DNA from: an uncultured Chloroflexia bacterium
GTDB lineage: Bacteria; Chloroflexota; Limnocylindria; Limnocylindrales; CSP1-4
Length of the DNA: 64,000 bases
NCBI GenBank assembly: GCA_963833225.1
Contig: CAWHXD010000008.1
Location: 576,001-640,000, forward strand
Reading direction: 5' to 3'
Below the pieces are notes generated by a model. It was given only the letters and a program-made list of their open reading frames with translations, ran no database searches and was not told where the DNA came from. A program made the translations under genes and the position numbers. Shown here one piece after another: positions 41,271 through 50,623 of the stretch (within the stretch, counting starts at the first letter, position 1; the number at the start of each line of letters is the position of its first letter).

Positions 41271-42000
41271 CTAGGTGTCTTCGAACAGCTCCCGGGCGAT
41301 CCGCTCCAGCTGGTCCACGCGCTTGTTCGTGGTCCGGTCCAGGGGGCGGCGGACGTGCAGCTCGACGTCCGGCGTGATGGCCAGGCGCTCCCAGGTGGAG
41401 CGATCGGCGATGGGCCTGGAGACGGCAGGCGATGCGGCGGACGGCGTGGGGGTCGGGGGGGCCGATCCATCAGACGGCGTGGGGGTCCGGGGGGGTCGCC
41501 GGCGCTTCGAGCGGCGCGGGGACCGCCATCTCGGCGGGCGGCGCGGACGCAGGCGGCGCGGACGCAGCCAGCGGGGCCGGAACGTCAGCCAGGGAGTCGG
41601 CAACGGCCATGCGACGGAGCAACAGGCCCCTGCCCGACCCGCCGCCCGGCACCGTGGGCCGGACGCCCGAGCGTGTCATGAGCGAGCGCACGAAGGCGAG
41701 CGTGTCGCCCGGCTCCTGGCTGGGCGCCGAGGCCTGGGGAGACAGCGCGCTGACGGTGGCGATGACCTCGTCGTCCCCCATCCGCTCCAGCCGCAACCGG
41801 ATCTCCGCGAGCGGCAGGTGATCCCGCTGCAGCCGCCGGATCAGGCGAAGCCGGGCAAGGTGGCCCTCGGCGTAGCGAGTGGCCGGCCCGGCGGCCTCGG
41901 GGGACGGGAGGAGCCCCTGCGCAACGTAGTACCGCACCGTGCGGGGGGTCACGTCCGCGAGGCGGGCCAGGTCGGCGAGGGAGTACGGATCGTCGGGCAT
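41271..42000 (-). CDS. MerR-family HTH protein; frameshift ~41480
   Basis: YSLADLARLADVTPRTVRYYVAQGLLP, C-terminal WERLAITPDVELHVRRP. Confidence 0.85.
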
Positions 42001-42154
42001 GGGGTGATCATGACACCACCACGTGCTGGTGTCAAGACTCTCGTTCGGACGGGTCCGGCACCGAGCGGCACCATCGACCGGGCTCGTGCAGTCCCACGAC
42101 CAATGGGCCGAATTCGGGGTATCGCGATCCGGCCCTGTCTGGCACCCTCGGGTC

Positions 42155-43807
42155 ATGCGTCTCCCCGACCACACCGCGGGCCGTGTCGCCCGGCTGGCCG
42201 CTCCCCTCCTCCTTTCCGTGGCGCTGACCCTGCCCGCTGTCGCCCCGGTGGCGGCCGCGGAGCCCGACTTCCCTGCCGACATGAGCGGCTACCACAACTG
42301 GACCGAGCTTGGGGACGAGATCGCCCAGGTCGCGGCGGACCATCCCGACATCGTGTCCGTGTTCTCGATCGGCGACAGCGCCCACGGCCGGCCGATCTGG
42401 ATGGCCAAGGTGAGCGACAACGTGACCGAGGACGAGAATGAACCCGAGGTCCTGGTCGACGCGCTCCACCACGCACGCGAGCACCTCACGACCGAGCAGG
42501 CCCTCGCGCTGTTCCACTGGCTGTCCGACGGCTACGGGACGGATGACGAGATCACGCACCTCGTGGACAGCCGCGAGATCTTCATCGTGTTCGCGCTCAA
42601 CCCGGACGGCCTGCGCTATGACCTGACCGGCGACCCGTTCCGGGCCTGGCGCAAGAACCGCCAGCGCGACGCGTCGGGCAATCCCATGTTCACGGACCTC
42701 AACCGCAACTACGAGTACCGCTGGGCGTGCTGCGACGGCTCCTCGGGCAAGCGGAACTCGATCACCTACCGCGGCCCCGCCCCGTTCTCGGCACCCGAGA
42801 CGCAGGCGCTGCGCGACTTCGTCGAGAGCCGCGTCATCGACGGGGTGCAGCAGATCCGGACGCACGTGACGCTCCACACCAACGGCGAGCTGATCCTGTG
42901 GCCCTACGGCTACACGAAGAAGAACGTGCCCAAGGACATGACCGCCCTGGACCACGGCGTGTTCGTCGCGCTGGGCCGGGCGATGGCGGCGACCAACGGG
43001 TACACCGCCGAGCAGTCATCGGACCTGTACATCACCGACGGCGACCAGATCGACTGGCTCTACGGTCGCCAGCGGATCTTCAGCTACACCTTCGAGCTGT
43101 TCCCGACCGAGAAGAAGACGGTCTGGAAGGACCACTATCCCGACGATTCGAAGATCGCGGCCCAGACGGAGCGCAACCGCGCGGCGCTGCTGCTGCTGAT
43201 CGACCGGGCAGGCTGCCCGTACGCCGCGCTGGGATCGGCCTCGGCGAAGGCCAACTGCGGGCCGCTGTTCGACGACCTGGAGATCAACCGAGGCTGGGTG
43301 CGTGACCCGTTCGGCACCGACACCGCCACCTCCGGCACGTGGGCCGTGGCCAACCCGCAGCCGACCAGGACGTCCGCCGGCAAGATGCAACGGGGCGCGA
43401 CGGTCTCAGGCAGGCGCGCCCTGGTCACCGGCGCCGCCGCGGGCGCGAAGGCGAGCTCAAACGACCTCGACGGCGGCAGCACGACGATCCGGAGCCACGC
43501 CATCTCACTCCCGGTGGATCCAGCGGACGTCGGGAGCCTCACCTTCTCGTGGACCTTCGCGCATAGCGCGAGCTCGTCCGCCGACGACGCCCTGCGGGTG
43601 ATCGTCGAGGCAGAGGACGGGACGCCGACGACGGTGTTCGAGGTGCTCGGGAGCCCGGTGGCGGAGGTGGCCACCTGGCGCACCGCGACGGTGGATGTCT
43701 CCGCCTGGGCCGGCCGGGCGATCCACCTCGTGGTGGAGGCGGTCGACGGCGGCAACGGCAACCTCGTCGAGGCGGAGATCGACGACGTGCGCATCCGCCG
43801 ACCCTGA
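42155..43807 (+). CDS. secreted M14 zinc carboxypeptidase (carboxypeptidase T-like) with C-terminal beta domain
   Basis: Signal peptide, HHAREH, NPDG, WRKNR, DLNRN, TLHT, FELFP. Confidence 0.92.
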   Translation: MRLPDHTAGRVARLAAPLLLSVALTLPAVAPVAAAEPDFPADMSGYHNWTELGDEIAQVAADHPDIVSVFSIGDSAHGRPIWMAKVSDNVTEDENEPEVLVDALHHAREHLTTEQALALFHWLSDGYGTDDEITHLVDSREIFIVFALNPDGLRYDLTGDPFRAWRKNRQRDASGNPMFTDLNRNYEYRWACCDGSSGKRNSITYRGPAPFSAPETQALRDFVESRVIDGVQQIRTHVTLHTNGELILWPYGYTKKNVPKDMTALDHGVFVALGRAMAATNGYTAEQSSDLYITDGDQIDWLYGRQRIFSYTFELFPTEKKTVWKDHYPDDSKIAAQTERNRAALLLLIDRAGCPYAALGSASAKANCGPLFDDLEINRGWVRDPFGTDTATSGTWAVANPQPTRTSAGKMQRGATVSGRRALVTGAAAGAKASSNDLDGGSTTIRSHAISLPVDPADVGSLTFSWTFAHSASSSADDALRVIVEAEDGTPTTVFEVLGSPVAEVATWRTATVDVSAWAGRAIHLVVEAVDGGNGNLVEAEIDDVRIRRP

Positions 43808-43869
43808 TCATCGAGGGCCCCGGCGCCCTGCGGGGCACCGGGCGCTGCGGGGCACCTGAGCCGAAGGCG

Positions 43870-44637
43870 TTACGGCAGCGAGCGGACCATCCCCCCGTCC
43901 ACCGGCACGATCGCGCCGGTCACAAACGACGCCGCGGGCGACAGCAGGAACGCCCCGACCCGCCCGATCTCGGCGACATCGCCGTACCGGCCAAGGGGAA
44001 TGCCCGCCCGGGCGCGAGCCTCGACCTCCGCAACCGTGACCCCATCCGCCTCGGCTCGGCGAGCGTCCAGCGAGGCGATCCGGTCGGTCGCGATCCGCCC
44101 CGGCGCAAGGCCGTTGATCCGGACCGGTGCGATCTCGGCCGCCAGCGTCTTGACCAGGCCCGCGAGCCCCGGTCGGAGGACGTTGGAGAGGGTGAGGGCC
44201 GGGATCGGCTCCCGGACCGACGAGCTCAGCACGATCAGGATCGCCGGGTCCATCCCTTCGCGTAGGTGCGGGAGGGCGGCACGCACGAGGCGCAGGATGG
44301 ACTGCAGCGTGCCCGCGATGGCCGTCTCCCAGTCGCCCTCGGAGAGCGTGTCGAAGGTGCCGCCGGGCGGACCGCCGGTGTTGGCCACGAGCAGGTCCAG
44401 CCCGCCCAGCGCCGCCACCGCCTGGGCCACCGCGTCCGCCGGGCCATCGGGCGTGGCGAGGTCGGCGACGACAGGCGTGCCGCCCAGCCGCGCCGCCGCG
44501 GCCTCGATCCGGTCCCGGGTCCGGCCGATCGGCGCGACCCGCGCGCCATCGCCGGCGAGCGCGGCCGCGATGCCGCCACCGATCCCCGAGCCGCCACCGC
44601 CGACGAGCGCCCGCCGCCCCTGCAGTCCCAGGTCCAA
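43870..44637 (-). CDS. SDR oxidoreductase
   Basis: GGGGSGIG, ANTGGPP, SNVLR, NGLAPG, VDGG. Confidence 0.9.
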   Translation of the reverse strand: MDLGLQGRRALVGGGGSGIGGGIAAALAGDGARVAPIGRTRDRIEAAAARLGGTPVVADLATPDGPADAVAQAVAALGGLDLLVANTGGPPGGTFDTLSEGDWETAIAGTLQSILRLVRAALPHLREGMDPAILIVLSSSVREPIPALTLSNVLRPGLAGLVKTLAAEIAPVRINGLAPGRIATDRIASLDARRAEADGVTVAEVEARARAGIPLGRYGDVAEIGRVGAFLLSPAASFVTGAIVPVDGGMVRSLP

Positions 44638-44704
44638 CCGTTCCTCCGATCACGTCCGGCAAGGGTAGCCTCCGGTATCCGGCGCGTTGGGCTACGCTCG
44701 CGTG

Positions 44705-45931
44705 ATGGACGGTTCCGTCGAAGCACCGCTCGGGATCGAGCTGTTCGTCCTGCTGGTGCTGGTGGCCACGATCGTAGCCATCCTTGCGCGTCGCGCCGCG
44801 CTCCCCTACTCCGTGGGCCTGGTGCTGGCGGGGCTGGGTCTCGCGTTCCTGTTCCCGGGGCAGCCGGTCGACATCACGCCGGGGCTGATCCTCGCCGTGC
44901 TGCTGCCCGGCCTGGTGTTCGAGGCCGCCTACAAGATCGACGTGCTGGAGCTCCGGCGCACGTTCACGATCGTGGCGGTCCTCGCCGCGCCCGGCGTGCT
45001 CATCACCGCGGGGGTCGTGGCGGTGGTCGTCAGCGCCACGACCGGGCTGGACATCGGGCTCGCGTTCCTGCTGGGCGCGATGATCTCGGCGACGGATCCG
45101 GTCGCGGTGGTGTCGATGTTCAGGCGGCTGGGCGTCCCGACCCGCCTGGCGACCTCGGTGGAGGCGGAGAGCCTCCTCAACGACGGCACGGGCGTGGTGC
45201 TGTTCGCCATCGCCCTCACGGCGCTCACGCGGCCGGTGACCCTGGGTGACGCGGCGCTGTCGTTCGTGGCCACCATCGTGTTCAGCGCGGTCATCGGGCT
45301 CGTGGTGGGCATCGCGGTCCGCTCGTTCATGAGCCGGATCGACGACCCGCTGCTCGCGGTCATGCTGTCCCTGGTCGCCGCCTACGGGACCTATCTCATT
45401 GCCGATCGCTTCCACGAGTCCGGGATCATCGCCACGGTGGTGGTTGGGCTCCTGATCGACACCGGGCCGGCGGCCCACCTGTCGCGGGCCACGCGGGAAG
45501 CCCTCGACATCGTGTGGGAGTTCGTCGCGTTCATCCTGACTGCGCTCGTGTTCCTGCTGGTGGGCCTGGTGATCAGCCCCGACCTGCTGCTGGCGGCCGT
45601 GCCGGTGATCATCGCCGGGTTCGTCGCGATCACCGTGGCCCGGGCGTTCGTGGTCTACGGGCTGATCGGCGCCGGCGAGCGGCTGCTGCCCGGTGCCTCG
45701 CTCCTGCCCCTGTCATACCTGCACGTGATGTTCTGGTCGGGCCTGCGGGGCGCCATCGCGGTCGCCCTCGTGCTGGCACTGCCGGCCGACCTTCCGCAGC
45801 GGGACCTGCTCACGGGCGCGGTGTACGGGATCGTGCTCATCACGCTCCTGTTCCAGGGCACGACCGCCAGCCGCGTGGTGCGGCACGCAGGCGTGCCGGT
45901 CGGCCAGTCGACCACGAGCGGGGCCGGCTGA
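44705..45931 (+). CDS. CPA1 Na+/H+ antiporter (NhaP-like)
   Basis: SATDPVAV, ESLLNDG, WSGLRGAI. Confidence 0.93.
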   Translation: MDGSVEAPLGIELFVLLVLVATIVAILARRAALPYSVGLVLAGLGLAFLFPGQPVDITPGLILAVLLPGLVFEAAYKIDVLELRRTFTIVAVLAAPGVLITAGVVAVVVSATTGLDIGLAFLLGAMISATDPVAVVSMFRRLGVPTRLATSVEAESLLNDGTGVVLFAIALTALTRPVTLGDAALSFVATIVFSAVIGLVVGIAVRSFMSRIDDPLLAVMLSLVAAYGTYLIADRFHESGIIATVVVGLLIDTGPAAHLSRATREALDIVWEFVAFILTALVFLLVGLVISPDLLLAAVPVIIAGFVAITVARAFVVYGLIGAGERLLPGASLLPLSYLHVMFWSGLRGAIAVALVLALPADLPQRDLLTGAVYGIVLITLLFQGTTASRVVRHAGVPVGQSTTSGAG

Positions 45932-45986
45932 GCGCGGACACTGGCGCCGTCACCCGCTGAGCGCGGTCGTGGACGCCGGCTCGCCT

Positions 45987-47862
45987 TCAGCGCCCGGTCT
46001 TGAACACCCAGGCCCGTGCGCCAACCGGGTTACCGGTGCGGTCCTGGGCCTTCGTCGTCACCTCGACCCGGTACCGCGTGTGCGGGTACATCCGGAGCAC
46101 CGGGTCCAGGACCAGCGTGTTCGTGCGCTTGATCCAACGGGTCGTGGTGCGCACGATCAGGCCGGTGTCGAGGTTCCGCAGGCGGACCGTTCCCGCTGGT
46201 GCACGGAGGGGCTCGGAGAACCGGATCCGAATGCTGGCGTCCCGGTCGAACCCGGTTGCGCCCGGCCTCGGCCGGCGGTGGACGATGGTTGGGAGCGATC
46301 GGGTCGACGACCTTGATCGGCCTGGAGACCGCCTCGGCGAAGTTGCCATCCTCGTCGATCGCGACGACGAGGATCCGGTAGCAGTGCCCCTGGCGGAGAT
46401 GGGTGAGTGGCAGCTCCTCGGCGTAGGCCAGGTCGCGAAGGCGCACCCGGCCACGGTAGTCACAGGCGCCGGCATCGATCCGCCAGTCGCCCAGCAGCGC
46501 GTACGCCTCCGAGACCTCGTGGTTGGCCTGGACACGTGCCGGGTAGGTCGATCCGGTCTGGACCACGGCGGCCGTCGGGGCGAGGAACGTGAGCTCGAGC
46601 TCCGGGAGGGCCGCCACCGGCTCGAGATCGGGCAGTGGATCGGGGACCGGCTCCGCCAGGGCGGAGGCCGCGTCGACCCGGCCATCACCGAACAGCGGGT
46701 CCCAACCCGGATCGCCAAGATCAACCGCGGACGCCCGGAGGACAGCCTCCAGCTCCGCGACTCCGAGCGCCGGGCGCGCGGACCAGATCAGCGCCGCAAC
46801 GCCCGCGACATGCGGCGAGGAGCCGCTGGTGCCACTGCCGGGCTCGTAGCCGCCGTCGGGGATGGTTGACCATGTCTCCACACCCGGCGCGACGAGGTCC
46901 AGCGCGCGCCCGGTGGTCGAGAACTCGGCCAGGTTGTCCTCGCCGTCGACCGCGCCCACCGATACCACGCCACGGAAGGACGCCGGGTAGTTGCGCAGGG
47001 ACGTGCCCTCGTTGCCAGAGGCGGCGACCATGAGGACGCCGGCGTCGCGGGCAGCGGTGAACGTGGGCTGGCCGAGGGCGACCTGCTCGCTGGTCAGGTA
47101 GCCGCCAAAGCTCATGTTGATGATGTCGGCCCCGTGGTCGCTGGCCCAGTCCACGGCATCGAGCGCGTCGGCAAACGAGATGCCCCCGTAATCGTCGGCG
47201 ATCTTCACGGGCATCAGCGTGATGCCTGGGGCGATCCCGGCAATCCCCTCGCCGTTGTCGGTCTCGGCCGCGATCGTGCCCGCGACCCACGTCCCGTGGC
47301 CCACCTCGTCGGTCACGTCCGCGTTGTTCCAGACCACGTTCCGCTGATCCGTCACCGCCACATCGTCGAGATCGGGGTGGGACAGGTCCACGCCGCTGTC
47401 GATCACCGCGACCACGACCGACGGGTCACCCGTCGTGACGGTCCATGCGTCCGGCACCTCGATCTGGGCGAGGTCACCTTGGTCGACGTAGAGGGGATCG
47501 TCAGGTGGCGCGTCCGCCGGCCAGTCCGTGAACCCCAGCCGCGCGTCGGGGACGACCGCGAGCACGCGAGGGTCGGCGCGCAGCCTGGCGGCAACGGCAG
47601 CAGCCTGGTTGGAGCGAGCCTGGACGACCGAGCGCATGGGCCACGCCGTCCCCTCGACGGAGCGAATGCCATTCACCGTGACCGTGGCCGGCGCCACGCC
47701 CTTCCAGGTGACGATGAGGCGGTCGCGGTAGGCCGCGGCGTCAGCGTCGTGGCGGGCGGCGGCGGGGATCGCGGCGGCTGTTGGTGCCGCGGCCGCGGGC
47801 ACCGCGACGCCAACGGCGAGGACGAGGGCCACGAGACGGGCGATGCGTCTGCTGTTCAACAC
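45987..47862 (-). CDS. secreted S8 subtilisin-like peptidase with C-terminal Ig-like domain; frameshift ~46290
   Basis: VAVIDSG, GHGTWVAG, AASGN, GTSGSSPHVAG. The tail IRIRFSEP...LDP..Y.VEVT is Big_5-like. Confidence 0.9.
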
Positions 47863-48103
47863 GAGATCTGTTCCCCCGGTACGGTGCCCGGCAGGAGGGT
47901 GTCGGGCATGCGGCTTCACCGGGACGCAGCGCGACTGTACCGCTCGCCGACCGACGCCGCGCAACCGAACCGCAACCACCTCGACGCCCGTCCGGGGATC
48001 GTGTCCGCGGCTCCACTCGTGCACGATCCCGTATCCACGGACCCGGTCCAAGTCCGCCAGCCACCGGCACCGTGCCGGCCCGCCCGCCAGGGAGGACCCA
48101 GCG

Positions 48104-48322
48104 ATGACCTACCCCGCCTTCGACACCAACAGCACGACAGGCTCGAGCGAGCCCACGCTCGGACCCGTCACCTGCGCCTCCTGCGGCTGCCGCCTGACCC
48201 GGGCGACCGACGGCCGCCCGGGCTGGGTCCACTTCTCACCGATGGCCGGCCGCGATGCCCGGGGATGCCGGGTGGTATGCGCCGACGCCGCGCATGACGC
48301 CGCGGGTCGAGCCGCCGCGTAG
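48104..48322 (+). CDS. small Cys/His-rich hypothetical protein (72 aa)
   Basis: GGAGG RBS; CASCGC...WVHF...GCRVVC..AAHD; followed by a hairpin at 48358-48392. Confidence 0.7.
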   Translation: MTYPAFDTNSTTGSSEPTLGPVTCASCGCRLTRATDGRPGWVHFSPMAGRDARGCRVVCADAAHDAAGRAAA

Positions 48323-48449
48323 CGCCCTCCGCCGGCCCGCCGGTCGGCACCACCACAACGACGCGGCCCTGGGCACGCCCCCGGGGCCGTTTCAATTCGT
48401 CGGGAGTGGGCGCCGCATCCCGCGCCGGCGCCGCTCGCCGACGGGGCCG

Positions 48450-49166
48450 TCAGGCGGCCTCGTCGGCCTCGATCCGGTAGCCAACCGAGCGCACCGCGAC
48501 GATGCGCGGCCCCCCGAGCGCCTCCAGCTTGGAGCGCAGGCGCGCCAAGTGCGGCTTGAGCCACAGCAGGTCCGGATCCGGCTCGGCCGGCCATCCGGCA
48601 CGGGCGAGGCGATGGTGCGGAACGAGGTCGCCGCCCGCACGGACAAGCGCCTCCAGAAGCCGGAACTCGGTTGGCGTCAGGCCCAGCGCCATGGCACCCA
48701 CGCGCGCCTCGTGGCGCGCCGGCTCGAGGGTCAGCGAGCCGGCCGTCAGCACGCCCGGCGTCCCATCGCCGGCGCGCCCCGTGCCGGCAAGGTCCACCCG
48801 GCGCATCACCGCGGAGATCCGGGCCAGCAGCTCCTGCTTGCCGAATGGCTTGACGAGATAGTCGTCCGCCCCGATGCCGAGGGCCTTGACCTTGGCCGCC
48901 TCCGCGCTCTCGCCGGACACGACGAGCACGGGCACGTTGCCCGACGAGCGCAGCTGGCCGATGACGGTGAACCCGTCGGGACCGGGCATGGCCAGGTCGA
49001 GCAGCACGAGGTCGGGCCGCTCCTCCCGGAACCGCTTGACGGCGGTCAGGCCGTCGTAGGCGGTGATGACCTGGTGGCCCTCGGTGCCCACCAGGGCGGT
49101 GATGGCGCCGACCATCGCGGGGTCGTCATCCACGACCAGGATGCGCAGCGGTCTCGTTCCAATCAC
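48450..49166 (-). CDS. OmpR/KdpE-family response regulator
   Basis: ILVVDDD, LLDLAMP, GADDYLVKPF, RLRSKLE, VGYR. Confidence 0.93.
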   Translation of the reverse strand: MIGTRPLRILVVDDDPAMVGAITALVGTEGHQVITAYDGLTAVKRFREERPDLVLLDLAMPGPDGFTVIGQLRSSGNVPVLVVSGESAEAAKVKALGIGADDYLVKPFGKQELLARISAVMRRVDLAGTGRAGDGTPGVLTAGSLTLEPARHEARVGAMALGLTPTEFRLLEALVRAGGDLVPHHRLARAGWPAEPDPDLLWLKPHLARLRSKLEALGGPRIVAVRSVGYRIEADEAA

Positions 49167-49184
49167 GTCCGATTCCTCGCTTTC

Positions 49185-50486
49185 TCAGGCGGCGACCGAC
49201 GCCGGCAGCGCAAGCACGAAGCGGGCGCCCCCGGTCGGTGCGGGCTCGCACCACAGCCGGCCCCGCATGGATTCCGCCAGGCGGCGCGCGGCATAGAGCC
49301 CGATCCCGGACCCCCGTGCCGTGTGCGTCTCCCGCCGGGAGTAGGGCTCGAAGATTCGCTCTCGCCACTCGGGCGGGATGCCCGGTCCCTCGTCGGAGAC
49401 CGCCATCCGGACCACACCCTCGACGAGGGTCCATTCCAGCTCCACCCTGGTCTCGGGTGGGGCGTACTTCACGGCGTTCTCCAGCAGGTGCTCCAGCACC
49501 TGGCGCAGGCGGGCCGGGTCCGCCACGACGTGCAGCTTCCGCGACCGCGCGATCGACGGGTGATGGCGGTGCAGCAGGGGCGAGACGTCCTCCAGGAGCT
49601 CTGCCACGAACTCGTGGAGATCGATGGAGTGGAGCTCGGCGGGACGATCGGGCACCACCCGGACCGACTCCAGGATGGAGCTGACGAGTCGGTCGAGGCG
49701 CTCGATCTGATCGACGGTCCCCTGGCGCCACGCGGCCCGGGTCCGGCGCCGCGTCGGATCACGAGAGGAGCGGCCATCGAGAACCGGCTCCTCGGCGAGC
49801 AGGTCCGTGTACGCGCGGACGACCGCGAGCGGCGTGCGGAGCTCGTGGGTGACCAGCGCGATCAGCTCGTTGCGTGCCTGGTCGAGCGCCTGGAGCTGGG
49901 CGACCTGCGCCTCCGCCTCGCGCTGGAGCCGGCCCTTCTCGAGGATGCCCGCGAGCAGGTCCGCGATGGCCGACAGCTGGGCGATGTCCTCGTCCGTGTA
50001 CGTCCGGCGCTCCTCGGTCTGGATGTTGAGCACGCCGATCACCTGGTCATGCCAGGTGAGGGGCACGGACAGCATCGAGGCGATGTACCGGCGCTGGTCG
50101 AGACCCCGGACCCACAGGAACCGCGGGTCCTCGGCGATGTCCGGCACAGCGATCGGCTCGCGGCTGGCGGCAACCCGCCCGGTGATGCCCTCGCCGAGGG
50201 GCACGACCGCGTGGCCGATGTGATGGCGATCGAGGCCGTTGGTGGCCGTGAGCGTCAGGGACAACCCGTCACGGTCCATGAGGTACAGCGACGACACGCG
50301 CGCCCGCAGCGCCGTTCGCGTTCCGTCCACCACGGTCTCGAGCAGCTCGTCCCAGGTCTGGGCCGTGGTGGCAACCCGCAGGAGCTGGTGCAGGAACCGG
50401 AGCTGGGCAACCGGATCATGGGGCGGCGGAGCCTCGGGAAGCTGGGGCTCCCCGTGGTTCACCGGCTGATCGTCATGCGGCGCCAT
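49185..50486 (-). CDS. cytoplasmic GAF-domain sensor histidine kinase
   Basis: GEGITG..SMLSVPL (GAF), THELRTPL, ENAVKY, DEGPGI, GSGIGL. Confidence 0.9.
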   Translation of the reverse strand: MAPHDDQPVNHGEPQLPEAPPPHDPVAQLRFLHQLLRVATTAQTWDELLETVVDGTRTALRARVSSLYLMDRDGLSLTLTATNGLDRHHIGHAVVPLGEGITGRVAASREPIAVPDIAEDPRFLWVRGLDQRRYIASMLSVPLTWHDQVIGVLNIQTEERRTYTDEDIAQLSAIADLLAGILEKGRLQREAEAQVAQLQALDQARNELIALVTHELRTPLAVVRAYTDLLAEEPVLDGRSSRDPTRRRTRAAWRQGTVDQIERLDRLVSSILESVRVVPDRPAELHSIDLHEFVAELLEDVSPLLHRHHPSIARSRKLHVVADPARLRQVLEHLLENAVKYAPPETRVELEWTLVEGVVRMAVSDEGPGIPPEWRERIFEPYSRRETHTARGSGIGLYAARRLAESMRGRLWCEPAPTGGARFVLALPASVAA

Positions 50487-50623
50487 CTCGATCACGAGGG
50501 TAAGCCTAGGAGGCGCCGCTACCGAATACCGTTGCGGCACGGTAGCGGGACGGTGCCCTTGCAGTCGAACCGTAACCGTGGGCATCGTGACAGCCGCGCG
50601 CCGCGTCGGCATCCTTGTCCGCG

